A stretch of 64,000 bases of DNA, taken from IMG/VR virus record IMGVR_UViG_3300021399_000098; one strand, written 5' to 3'. Of the stretch, positions 9,330 through 20,200 are shown piece by piece. A program made the position numbers and the translations under genes. The stretch is from a virus (lineage: Duplodnaviria > Caudoviricetes). The first letter of the stretch is position 1. Each line of letters opens with the position of its first letter. Below the pieces are notes generated by a model. It worked only from the letters and a program-made list of their open reading frames with translations, ran no database searches and was not told where the DNA came from.

Positions 9330-9359
9330 AGGGAACTTATACAGTTCCCTTATTTTTTT
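9323..9359. terminator. Bidirectional intrinsic terminator
   Basis: aagggaact/agttccctt stem with A/T-rich flanks between convergent genes. Confidence 0.6.
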
Positions 9360-11730
9360 GTTCAATATATGTAATTATATCCTTTGGTGACTTAACACCA
9401 TTTGTTATCTTATCGGCATCTATGCCGTCACCCCAAGAGCAGCCTATGAATGGTATGTTTGCATTTCTTGACTCAGCACCATCAGAAGCTCTATCACCAA
9501 TGCTTAAGCATTCTTCTGGGGCAATTCCCATTATATTAAGCACCTCTCTCATACGAGCAGCTTTAGGCCATCCACTTCTGTCACCCTTAACTGCTACTGG
9601 GTGCAGCCCATAATACTTAATCGTCTCTTGGGCGAATAACTGATTACACTTTGTCACAACAGCCCATTGTATTCCGTTGTTTTCCAAATACTTTATCAAG
9701 TCTTTTATGCCACTATAGATTATGTTCTTTCCAACATACTTCGAAGCCTCTATCCAAGCTTTTTTCTTGTCTGTGGCAGTTCCCTTAACCGTCCTTGTCT
9801 GTCTTCTGATTTCCAACGTTCCGTCAGTGTTGAAAAGTGTATAGTCAAAATCGAATATAACGCCCTTTACACCACCACCTTCTTCAAATTCCTCTTTGAT
9901 AAGGTTTTTACGTTGGTTTGCATTTTCAGACAATGAATAAGCATTGGTTAAACAAAGGATATGCGTATCATCAACACCATTATTATGTAGAGCATTTATA
10001 AGAAGCTTAAGAGTTGAACCTGTACTGATGTCCTCATCAAACAACAAATAATACCTTGACCTAAACATTTCAAAATAATTAGGGTCATTTACAGCCTCAT
10101 TATTAGCAACTATGTACATGTCCTTCACATACTTACGATACTTACCGCCAAAGTCAACTATTTTTCCTCTTTGAAGGCTGAAATCGATTTTAACACCAGT
10201 TGTCAATAGCTTTTCTTTGTAGAAATTATAAACTTTGTGCATTTCATTTGATGCTTCGAAGAACTTTTGAAGCATTGCCTTATTTGCATATAGGGCATCG
10301 TGAATGGCTTTTTCGTAAGTCTTATAATCATTTGAAAGTTTGATGTGAGAATTGTTAGCGAACAAGTTGTTTTTGAAATACTCAAGCAAATTATCCTTCT
10401 CCTCCAAATTTGAAGAACAAATCATAAATGATAACTCCTTTAGTATCAACTGTATTCTATCCAAAGAAATCTTATCCCCTAGTATTTCAGTTAGATAATC
10501 ACCATACTCATTGAAATAGTTTTCTATTGGTTGTCCGATGAAATATACAATTTCAGAAATACCCTTCTGCTTTGCGGTTTCCCTAAAACTTGCTATCTGT
10601 TTTTCATCTACACCGTCATTTCTCATCATTTCCTCATCCATCTTCACGTTAACCATGTCTCTCTGGAAGAAATTCCTTTCATATGGAACTCCAAGCTTAC
10701 TAGACAGTCTTGTACAATAATACAAGTTGAACTTTGAAGACGATGGAGCATCAACTATTACAGATGGCTTGAAAGATTCACATTTCAACGCATAAGCAGC
10801 AGCCATTATAGACTTGTCTATAAATTTGGCAATTGATGTGTAATTATTGTCACCATAGCCATATTGTTTCCTAGTCAAATCGTCTGGACCATTCAAAGAG
10901 AAATTACCGCCAATATTAGGCTTTACTCCATTATCATAAGTCAATTCAAATGGCTTGTATGCACGGCTTTTACCTTGTATTTTCTCCCTTTTTGAAGCAT
11001 CTATTCCAAAGTTCTCTGCATTTTTGTCATTGCCCCTAATGTATCCATGTTTAATAATGTCACTAAAGTTAAAGTCAACCATTCTAAACAATGAAATAAC
11101 ATTCACATTTGTGTAAGGAACTTTCATTAACCTATATCTAGGAACTCTACCTTGTGAAAACCTTTCATCCTCCGCATTTTGTAAAGGTCTGTCGTATTGT
11201 GCAGCAGCCCTTTCAGCATTATTCAAGTTCACCATCAACTTACTAAGAACGGTGCTCATTTGTTCTCCTTGAGACAATGCCTTAATTGCCTTATTAGCAG
11301 CAGTTTTTGGACCTTTTTCAATCATTTGGTATGAATCCAAATTTATTGTCTTGAGAAACACCTTATATATGTTTTTAATATTTGACTGGTCAAAACCCTT
11401 TATAAAATTAATAACATCACGATACATCCTAGCAGTCTCTTTCAAACTCGCTCCTACCTTCTGCTGCTGGAACACATGCCACTTACGGCCAGGTTTACCC
11501 ATCCTAGACTGTTCAATAGAACCATCACCATTCACGATGTCGTTCCTACTGCCGAACAATCTAGTGTCTACACCTTGGTTGTCAACGTCTAACCTACTAG
11601 TGTTAATTGATGTGTTGAAAGTATTCGTATTTGGGTTATAGTTCACATTCAAACCTTCCTTTAACAATATGACGCTGTTTTCCCTAATATGTACTTTCTT
11701 TCGTTTTTTATCTGTTGAATACAAAATCAT
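9337..11730 (-). CDS. Phosphoribosyltransferase-like plus C-terminal HAD hydrolase fusion protein
   Basis: PRPP-binding loop YLLFDEDISTGSTL and APSSS; HAD motifs IFDFDYTL, VVT and IGDRASDG. Confidence 0.75.
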   Translation of the reverse strand: MILYSTDKKRKKVHIRENSVILLKEGLNVNYNPNTNTFNTSINTSRLDVDNQGVDTRLFGSRNDIVNGDGSIEQSRMGKPGRKWHVFQQQKVGASLKETARMYRDVINFIKGFDQSNIKNIYKVFLKTINLDSYQMIEKGPKTAANKAIKALSQGEQMSTVLSKLMVNLNNAERAAAQYDRPLQNAEDERFSQGRVPRYRLMKVPYTNVNVISLFRMVDFNFSDIIKHGYIRGNDKNAENFGIDASKREKIQGKSRAYKPFELTYDNGVKPNIGGNFSLNGPDDLTRKQYGYGDNNYTSIAKFIDKSIMAAAYALKCESFKPSVIVDAPSSSKFNLYYCTRLSSKLGVPYERNFFQRDMVNVKMDEEMMRNDGVDEKQIASFRETAKQKGISEIVYFIGQPIENYFNEYGDYLTEILGDKISLDRIQLILKELSFMICSSNLEEKDNLLEYFKNNLFANNSHIKLSNDYKTYEKAIHDALYANKAMLQKFFEASNEMHKVYNFYKEKLLTTGVKIDFSLQRGKIVDFGGKYRKYVKDMYIVANNEAVNDPNYFEMFRSRYYLLFDEDISTGSTLKLLINALHNNGVDDTHILCLTNAYSLSENANQRKNLIKEEFEEGGGVKGVIFDFDYTLFNTDGTLEIRRQTRTVKGTATDKKKAWIEASKYVGKNIIYSGIKDLIKYLENNGIQWAVVTKCNQLFAQETIKYYGLHPVAVKGDRSGWPKAARMREVLNIMGIAPEECLSIGDRASDGAESRNANIPFIGCSWGDGIDADKITNGVKSPKDIITYIEQKNKGTV

Positions 11731-12629
11731 ACAACTTTTTCTTTCTTTAATATCTTTATGTCTTTAGGGTTGAATATGACATAGTTTGTGTTTTTAGTTC
11801 CATCTGCCGTAACATCAACCCATTTAATACCCTTATATCCTTCTCTGTACAAAAATTCAGAAGTTTCCTTGTCATCGCCAACAAGTGATGCTATCGTTCC
11901 ATAAACATCACCGCCAGTTTGACAATCGCACAAATACTTACATTCCTCATTCCAAAATTCATTTTCATAGCCCTTATATATCTCCCTACCATACTCATTT
12001 TCAGTTGTATAGTATTTGAAGAAATCTCTAGCTATTTTGGTTGCAGCCGCCCTAGAAATGCTTTTATATGTTAAATAACGCCCACTTGGAACTTTTGCAG
12101 TGTACACAAAGCCACCTCTTGCATACTCCTTTGCGCCCTCTGGATTATCAATCAAATATACACCATATCCATACGCTTGCTGACCCCAACCACTTGATAT
12201 GAAAGCTAAATCAAATTCTTGGAAATCAGCTTGAAAGCCATGAAACAAATCCAATTCAGTTATGGACTCCATTATGGCACGTCTTATTCTGTTTTCATTT
12301 TTCTCCCATTCATAATCGGCATTATCTTTTTCACCATTATAGGTAAAATAGTTTCCATCATTCCAACTTATCTGCTTTGGTTGCTTTGGCTGTTTTGGAG
12401 GCTTCTGAGACGCTTTTGCCACTCTTGCCTTATCGTAGTCCACCAACTCTTTAAAATGCTGCGTAAGGGCTGTATAAACACTTTTATGATAGCCTCTCTT
12501 GCCACCAATCTGCTTCTCCCTATAGCCAATTCCTTGTGCCACATGATGAATTGCAGGCAAAGAAACATCTTTCCCACAAGCATTTCTGAACCTTTTCCTT
12601 ATTTCTTTAGCTGATAATAAATCGTACAT
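11727..12629 (-). CDS. Protein with C-terminal ADP-ribosyltransferase-like (ART-PolyVal-type) domain
   Basis: LFHG...FQEFD...GWGQQAYGYGVYL...AKEYA...GYKGI...NYVIFNP; start moved to MYDLL, which follows a TATTTATA site. Confidence 0.65.
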   Translation of the reverse strand: MYDLLSAKEIRKRFRNACGKDVSLPAIHHVAQGIGYREKQIGGKRGYHKSVYTALTQHFKELVDYDKARVAKASQKPPKQPKQPKQISWNDGNYFTYNGEKDNADYEWEKNENRIRRAIMESITELDLFHGFQADFQEFDLAFISSGWGQQAYGYGVYLIDNPEGAKEYARGGFVYTAKVPSGRYLTYKSISRAAATKIARDFFKYYTTENEYGREIYKGYENEFWNEECKYLCDCQTGGDVYGTIASLVGDDKETSEFLYREGYKGIKWVDVTADGTKNTNYVIFNPKDIKILKKEKVV

Positions 12630-12688
12630 TGTAACTCTATTTATTCTATAAATAGAATTTTGGTCATAATAATTTTTATTTTGAAATA

Positions 12689-12720
12689 TTTGTTTTTTTA
12701 AGAATTTTAACATATCTTTG
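12689..12720 (+). promoter_or_regulatory. Bacteroidota-type promoter of the DNA polymerase gene
   Basis: TTTG 12689-12692, 20-nt spacer, TATCTTTG 12713-12720. Confidence 0.75.
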
Positions 12721-12793
12721 CAAAAAAATAAAAGTGATGACATCAAAGTGTGTCTTTAGCTTTAATAACTAAAAAACTAACAATTTTTATAGT

Positions 12794-15700
12794 ATGAGAG
12801 AAATTACAACCGAAGTTGTTAACACCTTTCTCAACGGACATGACCCAATGGAACACATCATTTCAATAGAATGTGGATTTGACGAAGATAGGGTTAGCAT
12901 TATTTATGTAAACGAAAAAGGTGAAAAAAGGGTCAAATTAGATGACTTCAAGCCATTTGTTTGGGTTAAGCACAGTGCTGCGATAAGGTTGTTTGGTGGA
13001 AACAAAACAACACTCAGGCGTGAGCTTAAACGTTTTGGCATTACAATTAAAAAGCTTACAACATCAAACGATGACGGAGAGGAACATGAACGCCTAGAAA
13101 GTGGCTATAAGTACCTTTTCTATGCTACAAGGAGAATGAGCAATCAGAATTTCCAAAACTTTTTTAAAATTGGTGGCGTTCCAATCCATGAAAGGAAAAA
13201 GAAAGATGACCCAGCCCAAAACGGAAACAGAGAGTTTATGGCAGTGACCCCTGTTGAGCAATATATGATTGCCACTGGACGTAGACTCTTTAAAGGTTAC
13301 GACACTTACAACCAACTCACACGATTCATATTTGACTTGGAAACGCAAGGTCTTAATCCTAAGATACATAGGATTGAGCAAATAGGTATTCACACCAATA
13401 AAGGATATGATAAGGTGATTTCAGTTGAAGGTAAAACCAAAGAAGAGTTAGACAGAAACGAAATTGCCGCAATTAAAGAATTCTTGGACATATTGTCAAG
13501 TCTGAAGCCAGATACAGTCGTTGGGCATAACTCTGAAAACTTTGACTGGAATTTTATGATTGTTCGTTGTGAACAACTTGGTGTTGATTTTTCAGAGCTT
13601 TCTTTAAACTATTTCAAACACGCCATTTACAAAAAGTCAAAGGAATCTGTTCTCAAGCTTGGTGGCGAAGTGGAATATTATTATCCAACAATCATGTGGG
13701 GTCACAACGTACTTGATTCATTGCACGCTGCAAGAAGAGCGCAAGCAATTGATTCAAACATGAAATCTTCAAACTTGAAATATGTAACAAAATACCTAAA
13801 CTTGAAGAAACAAAACCGTGTTTATGTTCCAGGTGATAAAATCACATCAACTTGGGCGATTCAAGATAAAGTATTTGGATTTTGTGAAGATGATGGTGAT
13901 TGGTACAAAGTCACAGATAAAAGGCCACTACTTAAAGGCTATAACCTTGTAAGTGGTAGATACATCGTTGAAAGATACCTCTTGGATGACTTATGGGAAA
14001 CTGATAAAGTTGAAGATAGGTTGAATGAGTCTAACTTCTTGGTAGGTAAGATGCTACCGACTAGCTTTACAAGAGCGTGTACAATGGGTACGGCAGGAAT
14101 TTGGAAACTTATAATGCTTTCATGGTGTTATGAAAATGACTTGGCAATCCCAGCAGCAGCACCAAATAAACGTTTCACAGGTGGTCTTTCACGTCTTCTT
14201 AAAACAGGATTCGTTGACCGTATCGTGAAGCTTGACTACAACTCACTTTATCCGTCAGTTATTCTAACATGGCACGTTTCAACTCCAATTGACGTTATGA
14301 ACGTTATGCTTTCATTCCTTGAATATATTCTAACACAACGTGAGAAATATAAAGGATTAAAAGCTGAAGCAGGAGAAAAGGCCGACAGTCTTAAGGAAAA
14401 ACTTAAAGAGTGTGACGGTGAGGAAAAAAAAGAAATCGAAGAAAAAATCAAGTTTTGGAAAGCTGAAAAAAGTGGTAATGATAAGAAACAATTACCTCTT
14501 AAGATTTTAGCAAACTCATTCTTCGGTGGTTATGGCTCACCTAACGTATTCCCATTCGGTGATATACTTGCAGCAGAAAAAACAACTTGTATCAGCAGAA
14601 TGTCACTAAGACTTATGATTAGCCATTTCAAGTCAATAGGCTATGAGCCAATTGTGGGTGATAGTGTTACATACGACACACCTATAATCGTTAGAGGTGA
14701 AGATAAGAGAATTGATATTATACCGATATGTGATATATTCAATAATGACGAAGCCGTTGAATTCGATAATGAACAATACAGAGACTTCTCAAGAAAGAAT
14801 TATGATGTTCTTACAAGGGATGGGTGGAAGCCTATTGAATATATATACAAGCATAAAACAAACAAGCAATTAAAGAGAGTAGAAACAAAGAATGGCCTAG
14901 TTGATTGTACGGAAGACCACTCGTTGTTTGATAATAATGGTAATGAGGTAAAACCTTCTACACTTACTCGTGGAAATAAAATCGAAATATATACCAAAGA
15001 CATTGACTATTTCGCAAGCTCAACAGTAACAGACAGAGAAGCTTGGCTATTTGGTTTCTTTATGGCTGATGGCAGTTCTGTATACTGTGATAGAACTCAA
15101 AAATACTATTCTAAACGAAAAGGCGAATGGGTAATACATAATGGCAAAAGAGCCAATTGGAAAATATCTAATAAATCTCTTGATAGATTAAATAAAGCAA
15201 AGGAGATATTAGAAGATAGTTTCTTCTTGAAAGCTTCCATTAAAGACCATAGAGCATCATCTAATGTTTACAACTTAGTTGTTGAAAATACAGATAATGC
15301 GAAATTTTTCTCTAATAATTTCTACACGTCATACAGATACAAGAAAGTCCCAGAGTTTATATTAAATGCTAGGAAAGAAGTTAAGAAAGCATTCTTAGAT
15401 GGATTCTGTTGTGGCGATGGACAAAACGATACAATTGATGAATGCATAGAATTTGGTCAGAAATCAAAAGTTGCTATGGCTGGACTTTATTTCTTGATGA
15501 AAGAACTTGGATACAATTTCCGTTGTCACAATAGAAATGACAAGCAAGAATTCATTAGTTTTAGACTTAGAAATCATCGTGGAAGCCTATTGAACGAAAA
15601 CTATTCAGAGAAAAAAGAAGATGAAGTATGGAATTGCGAAGACATTACTAGCAAATCAGAATACGTATATGATATTTCTGCTGATGGAACATTTGTTAAT

Positions 15701-17170
15701 GCCCTTGGCATGATTGTATGCCATAATACAGATGGTTTTAACTTCCAAATGCCTACTGAGGACAAATTCAGATATACAAAGGAACATCCATATATCTCAA
15801 ATGGTCTTGGGCGTAACTCTATTAAAGGTAAGGAATATACACGTGTTGATGCTGACGTGGCAGAATTCGAGGACATCTATCTGTCACAAGCATATAACGG
15901 TGGTATAAACAAAATGGGATTAGGAATAGACGAATACTGTGATGCTTGTATACAGTTCGCAAGAAAGAACTATGCTGACTTAATGCCAGACGGTAAAACA
16001 AAGAAAGTTGGTAATACCATCAAATCAAGAAAGATGAGCGGCTATCTTGAGAAATTCATTGATGAGGGTGTTGACCTATTGCTTCGTGGTAACGGATATA
16101 AGTTCTTGTCCAACTATTACGATTACATAGACAAGATTTACAATTATCAAATTCCGATTAAAGACATTGCTTCAAAGGGCAATATCAAAAAGTCAATTAA
16201 AGATTATATTGCTGATTGTAACACGCTCACCAAAGCTGGTTCAAAGAAATCTCGTCAAGCTTGGTATGAATTGGTTATAAAAGAAAATGTTGAAGTAAAT
16301 GTCAGTGACACAATATATTACATCAACACTGGCACAAAGAAAGGACATACAGACGTTAAACGTGTAACACATTTCTATTATACCCTAAATGGAGAAAAAA
16401 CAGAAATAACAAAGGAAGTTGAAAAGTTATACAAAAATCAAGACAAAGCAGCACCTAATTATGTAAAGAAAACTAGATTGGAACTTGCGAAAGAAACTTA
16501 TGGAAATAGTGCGTTTGACGAAGATGAAATTATACTTAACTGTAAATTAGTTCCAAACGAAATACTTGAAAAGGAAGAGGATGTGCTTTGCAGTGATTAT
16601 GAAGGAATGGAATATAATGTTGAAAAATACATTGACCAATTCAATAAACGAATAACTCCTTTGTTGGTTTGTTTCCATCCAGACATAAGAAATAAGATAT
16701 TGGTTACGAATCCAAAAGACAGACTATTCTTCACAGAAGAACAGTCAAAACTTGTAAGCGGTTATCCAAACAAGGAAGAAGACCAAGACACATTTGAGGC
16801 GTTGATGACACCTGAAAGGAAAGAAATAGAGTTTTGGCTTAAGGTAAATGAAGTTCCACCATTTGTAAAGGAATGTGGTATTGATTGGAATGCTTTGGTA
16901 GAAAAACATAAGAAAGATATTGAATCAGAACAAAATGAACTTTACAACGAGGAAAATCAGAAATATTTGGATGCGTTGGATGCAATGACGAATGATGAAG
17001 TTGTGGAATTTGAAGAGGAAGGTAAATTACCAACAGCAATTGCGTCATTGGTAACTCTTGGTGCTGACATGAGACTATATTTCAAAAAAATACCTGACAA
17101 GACACCATCAACTGGAGGTTATGTCTTCGATGACATCACTTACAACTATGCCGAAACAATTGCAGAATAA
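12794..17170 (+). CDS. Family B DNA polymerase containing an intein
   Basis: Exonuclease motifs FDLET, GHNSENFD and YLLDD; motif A DYNSLYPS; motif B KILANSFFG; motif C VGD|TDG split by the intein. Confidence 0.95.
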   Translation: MREITTEVVNTFLNGHDPMEHIISIECGFDEDRVSIIYVNEKGEKRVKLDDFKPFVWVKHSAAIRLFGGNKTTLRRELKRFGITIKKLTTSNDDGEEHERLESGYKYLFYATRRMSNQNFQNFFKIGGVPIHERKKKDDPAQNGNREFMAVTPVEQYMIATGRRLFKGYDTYNQLTRFIFDLETQGLNPKIHRIEQIGIHTNKGYDKVISVEGKTKEELDRNEIAAIKEFLDILSSLKPDTVVGHNSENFDWNFMIVRCEQLGVDFSELSLNYFKHAIYKKSKESVLKLGGEVEYYYPTIMWGHNVLDSLHAARRAQAIDSNMKSSNLKYVTKYLNLKKQNRVYVPGDKITSTWAIQDKVFGFCEDDGDWYKVTDKRPLLKGYNLVSGRYIVERYLLDDLWETDKVEDRLNESNFLVGKMLPTSFTRACTMGTAGIWKLIMLSWCYENDLAIPAAAPNKRFTGGLSRLLKTGFVDRIVKLDYNSLYPSVILTWHVSTPIDVMNVMLSFLEYILTQREKYKGLKAEAGEKADSLKEKLKECDGEEKKEIEEKIKFWKAEKSGNDKKQLPLKILANSFFGGYGSPNVFPFGDILAAEKTTCISRMSLRLMISHFKSIGYEPIVGDSVTYDTPIIVRGEDKRIDIIPICDIFNNDEAVEFDNEQYRDFSRKNYDVLTRDGWKPIEYIYKHKTNKQLKRVETKNGLVDCTEDHSLFDNNGNEVKPSTLTRGNKIEIYTKDIDYFASSTVTDREAWLFGFFMADGSSVYCDRTQKYYSKRKGEWVIHNGKRANWKISNKSLDRLNKAKEILEDSFFLKASIKDHRASSNVYNLVVENTDNAKFFSNNFYTSYRYKKVPEFILNARKEVKKAFLDGFCCGDGQNDTIDECIEFGQKSKVAMAGLYFLMKELGYNFRCHNRNDKQEFISFRLRNHRGSLLNENYSEKKEDEVWNCEDITSKSEYVYDISADGTFVNALGMIVCHNTDGFNFQMPTEDKFRYTKEHPYISNGLGRNSIKGKEYTRVDADVAEFEDIYLSQAYNGGINKMGLGIDEYCDACIQFARKNYADLMPDGKTKKVGNTIKSRKMSGYLEKFIDEGVDLLLRGNGYKFLSNYYDYIDKIYNYQIPIKDIASKGNIKKSIKDYIADCNTLTKAGSKKSRQAWYELVIKENVEVNVSDTIYYINTGTKKGHTDVKRVTHFYYTLNGEKTEITKEVEKLYKNQDKAAPNYVKKTRLELAKETYGNSAFDEDEIILNCKLVPNEILEKEEDVLCSDYEGMEYNVEKYIDQFNKRITPLLVCFHPDIRNKILVTNPKDRLFFTEEQSKLVSGYPNKEEDQDTFEALMTPERKEIEFWLKVNEVPPFVKECGIDWNALVEKHKKDIESEQNELYNEENQKYLDALDAMTNDEVVEFEEEGKLPTAIASLVTLGADMRLYFKKIPDKTPSTGGYVFDDITYNYAETIAE
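14663..15727 (+). mobile_element. Intein (355 aa) with LAGLIDADG homing endonuclease in polymerase motif C
   Basis: Starts SVTYDTP; block B TEDHSL; LFGFFMADGS and FLDGFCCGDG; ends VYDIS...CHN followed by +1 Thr. Confidence 0.93.
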
Positions 17171-17204
17171 AAAAAGGCTAGGGTTTTTTCCCTAACCTTT
17201 TTTT
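17169..17204. terminator. Bidirectional intrinsic terminator
   Basis: aaaaaggctaggg-tttttt-ccctaaccttttt between convergent genes. Confidence 0.7.
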
Positions 17205-17212
17205 ATTATTTT

Positions 17213-20200
17213 TTAGGCTCTTACGCCATTTCTATATCTCTGATTGAAGAGGTTCTGAGCTGATGCAGTTTCATCAGTCTGATACTTGTTTCCTGGCGTT
17301 CCTACTCCGTTTTCAGTATATTCTCCACAATCCCAAACATTGCTTACGTATAGACCATTATACTGCGTCTCTGGAACATAGTCATCAAATGCAACTAATC
17401 TAAGTACGTTTGTATCAGTGAACTCTTCTTGTGTAACACCAGTGATGGTAAGTTCCTCATCGGTCATTGCCTTGGTATTACCATGAGATAGTCTTACATC
17501 AACTTCGAAATGTTGGTTATTACCGTATTGTACAACGCGCATTGATGCAGATGGGGTATTTGTATCTACCATCATCTTTAGAAGTTCACAAACTGATTTC
17601 TCAAGTATTGCGTCAGCATTTGCATAAGTTGTTGCAGAATTCAACAAACATCCCTCAGTCTTAGGATATAAAATAACCTCTGAACAGTTACCAACAACAC
17701 CAAGTGCTCTTTCTATTGACTTAGTTTCAGCACTCATACATTCGATGTCTGAATCGATGTCATCAATGTCAGAATTGATATTACAAATTGCACTGTCTAA
17801 TAATGCATCAGCATTATCCATACTTGTTGCTGCACTGATTACACAACCGTTTGCATGTGCTTGGTATTTGTAAATCGTCTGGTCGGCATTCAGACCGCAC
17901 TCAGGTACAGTTATACCCATTACATTCTGTTGTGTCACTTGCAATGCTTTCTTCAAGCAGTCAACTTCCTCGTCTGTGTCCTCAGTCTTAGAACTCAAAG
18001 CACAAACTGCTGTATCAAGTATCTCATCAGCATTGAACATTGAGGTTGCTGCACTGATAACGCAAGCTGCTGCCTTTGGAGTGTATGTAAATCCACTACC
18101 ACACTCTTGGTCAACTGAATGACCGAAGGTTGCAATTTCAACTTGCTTAAGCTCATGTGTTACACACTCTGCTGCTTCCTTTGCCTCAGTGATTGCAGAA
18201 CCACTTGCATAAAGTCCGTTGTTTACGATTCTAATAATGTTATCACCGTATTCAACTTCGCCACCATCGATTTCAACAGCCTTGGTCAAAAGAACACGTC
18301 CGTATAGGTAGTCAACTGCGCCAGTCTCACTAGTGTTAGGAACTTTGGTCAACTCAAGTGCACTACCCTCTGAAGGATTCTTAACCTCCCACTCGTTGAA
18401 CAACTCAGCAACACCGAATTGTAATTCTTGTGCCTCACCGTCAGCGTTGTGGTAGTTGATTATCAAGTTCTTCTCAGTTGGGTCGTAATGGATGCTGTCA
18501 AGCAATGAACCAGCTCCAAGCTTCTGCTGTGACAAAAGAACGTCATTAGTTCCGTATAACTTAATTGTATTTGTTGCAGCATCGTAAACAAGGTTTGCCG
18601 TTGCATAAATACCAGCATTTGTTTCATCACCAATGATTATATTCTTGTCTGAGCTAGATATTGCAACGTGTGCCTTCCAAATATCTGGGTTTGTCTTATC
18701 AACACTAATTGTAGTTGTGCTGTCAAGCGTATGTGTTGCAGCATCGATTGCATCTTGCAATGCGTCATCAGCAGCTTCTCTTGCAGCAGCTTCAGCAGTG
18801 ATAGCAGCCTCAAGTTCTGCATCCTTATCAGTTGAACGCTGGATTTCAGTAGCCAAGTTAGTTGCTATTGTGTTCTCAGCATTTGTGGCTCTGATAACTT
18901 CACTGTTGATAGCATTTCTCAATTCAGTGTCAGCAGAAATACGTTCATTCTTCTCGGTTTCAATCTTATTTTCAAGTTCAGCGTCTTTATTGGTTGAACG
19001 TGTAATCTCTGCCTCCAAATTGGTTCTGAGGATTTCCTCTTCTCTCATTGCACGAGTTGTCTCTGCATCAATATTGCTCTGGAGAGTTGTATCAGCATTT
19101 TCTCTTGCCGTAGCCTCTGCATCAATGTTTGACTGTAGAACACTCTCAGCATTTGTAGCTCTAGTTACTTCATTGTTGATTGCAGTCTGTAAAGCGTTTT
19201 CTGCTGTTGTTGCACGGTCTTGCTCTGCATGGATAGCTTGTGACAAAGCGTTTTCAGCATCTGTAGCCCTAGTAATCTCATTTGCAATGTTAGTTGCATT
19301 TGTGGTAATTCTAGTCTCATGGTCTTCATCAATAGCTTTTGAACGAGCAATTTCAGCATTCAATGCTGTCTGGATTGCTGTATCAACACTTTCCCTAGCG
19401 GTAGCTTCAGCAGTGATAGCACTGTCAATGTAATTCCTTAATTCAGTGTCAGCTTGCTCTCTAGCAGTAGCTTCAGCAGTGATAGCAGAATCAATCTTGG
19501 TGTTCAATGCTGTGTCAGCAGAAATGCGCTCAGTTCTTTCAGTGTTAATAGTTGTAGTTAATTCAGTTCTTAAGTCGCTAATGTCGCTCTCTCTCAACTC
19601 TGCCTCATGATTAATCATGTCCTCTAACAAGTGGTCAGCAGTTTCTCTTGCAGTAGCTTCAGCAGTGATGGCACTATTAATGTAGTTTCTTAACTCTGTG
19701 TCAGCATTTGCACGATACATTGCTTCGTTGTTAATTGCAGTCTGGAGTGCAACGTCAGCAGCTTCTCTTGCAGTTCTCTCAGCCTCAAGTGCTGCGTTGA
19801 AATCACTTCTGATTTCAGCATCGGCAGCAATACGGTCAGATTTCTCTTCTTCAATCTCAGCCTCAAGGTCTTCTCTTAATATGTCAATTGGAGCACTTGA
19901 CACATACAAAGCACCATTGTCATTGACAAGCATATTATCGTCATGGTCTGAAATGACTGTTTCTGCATATAGTACATCTTGCGTTGCACCACTTTCTCTT
20001 ATTTTAGAAAGCTTGATTGCACCGTCTGTGCTTTCAGAAACACGCCATTCGTTAATCAATGCGCCAACTGGAATAACCACATCAGGCATTCTATGGCCGT
20101 TAACCGTGTACTCGATTATGATTGCTTCCCTAATTGGGTCGTAGTAAATCTTATCTACAACTGAATTGGTCTTTAGGTCATAAACCTTAGTTCCATTCGT

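Noticed and set aside
12630-12746. N-terminal extensions given by the ORF track (also starts at 30392, 40625, 44881, 55670, 63241)
   Set aside because: They overlap promoters or neighbouring genes; downstream ATGs fit better.
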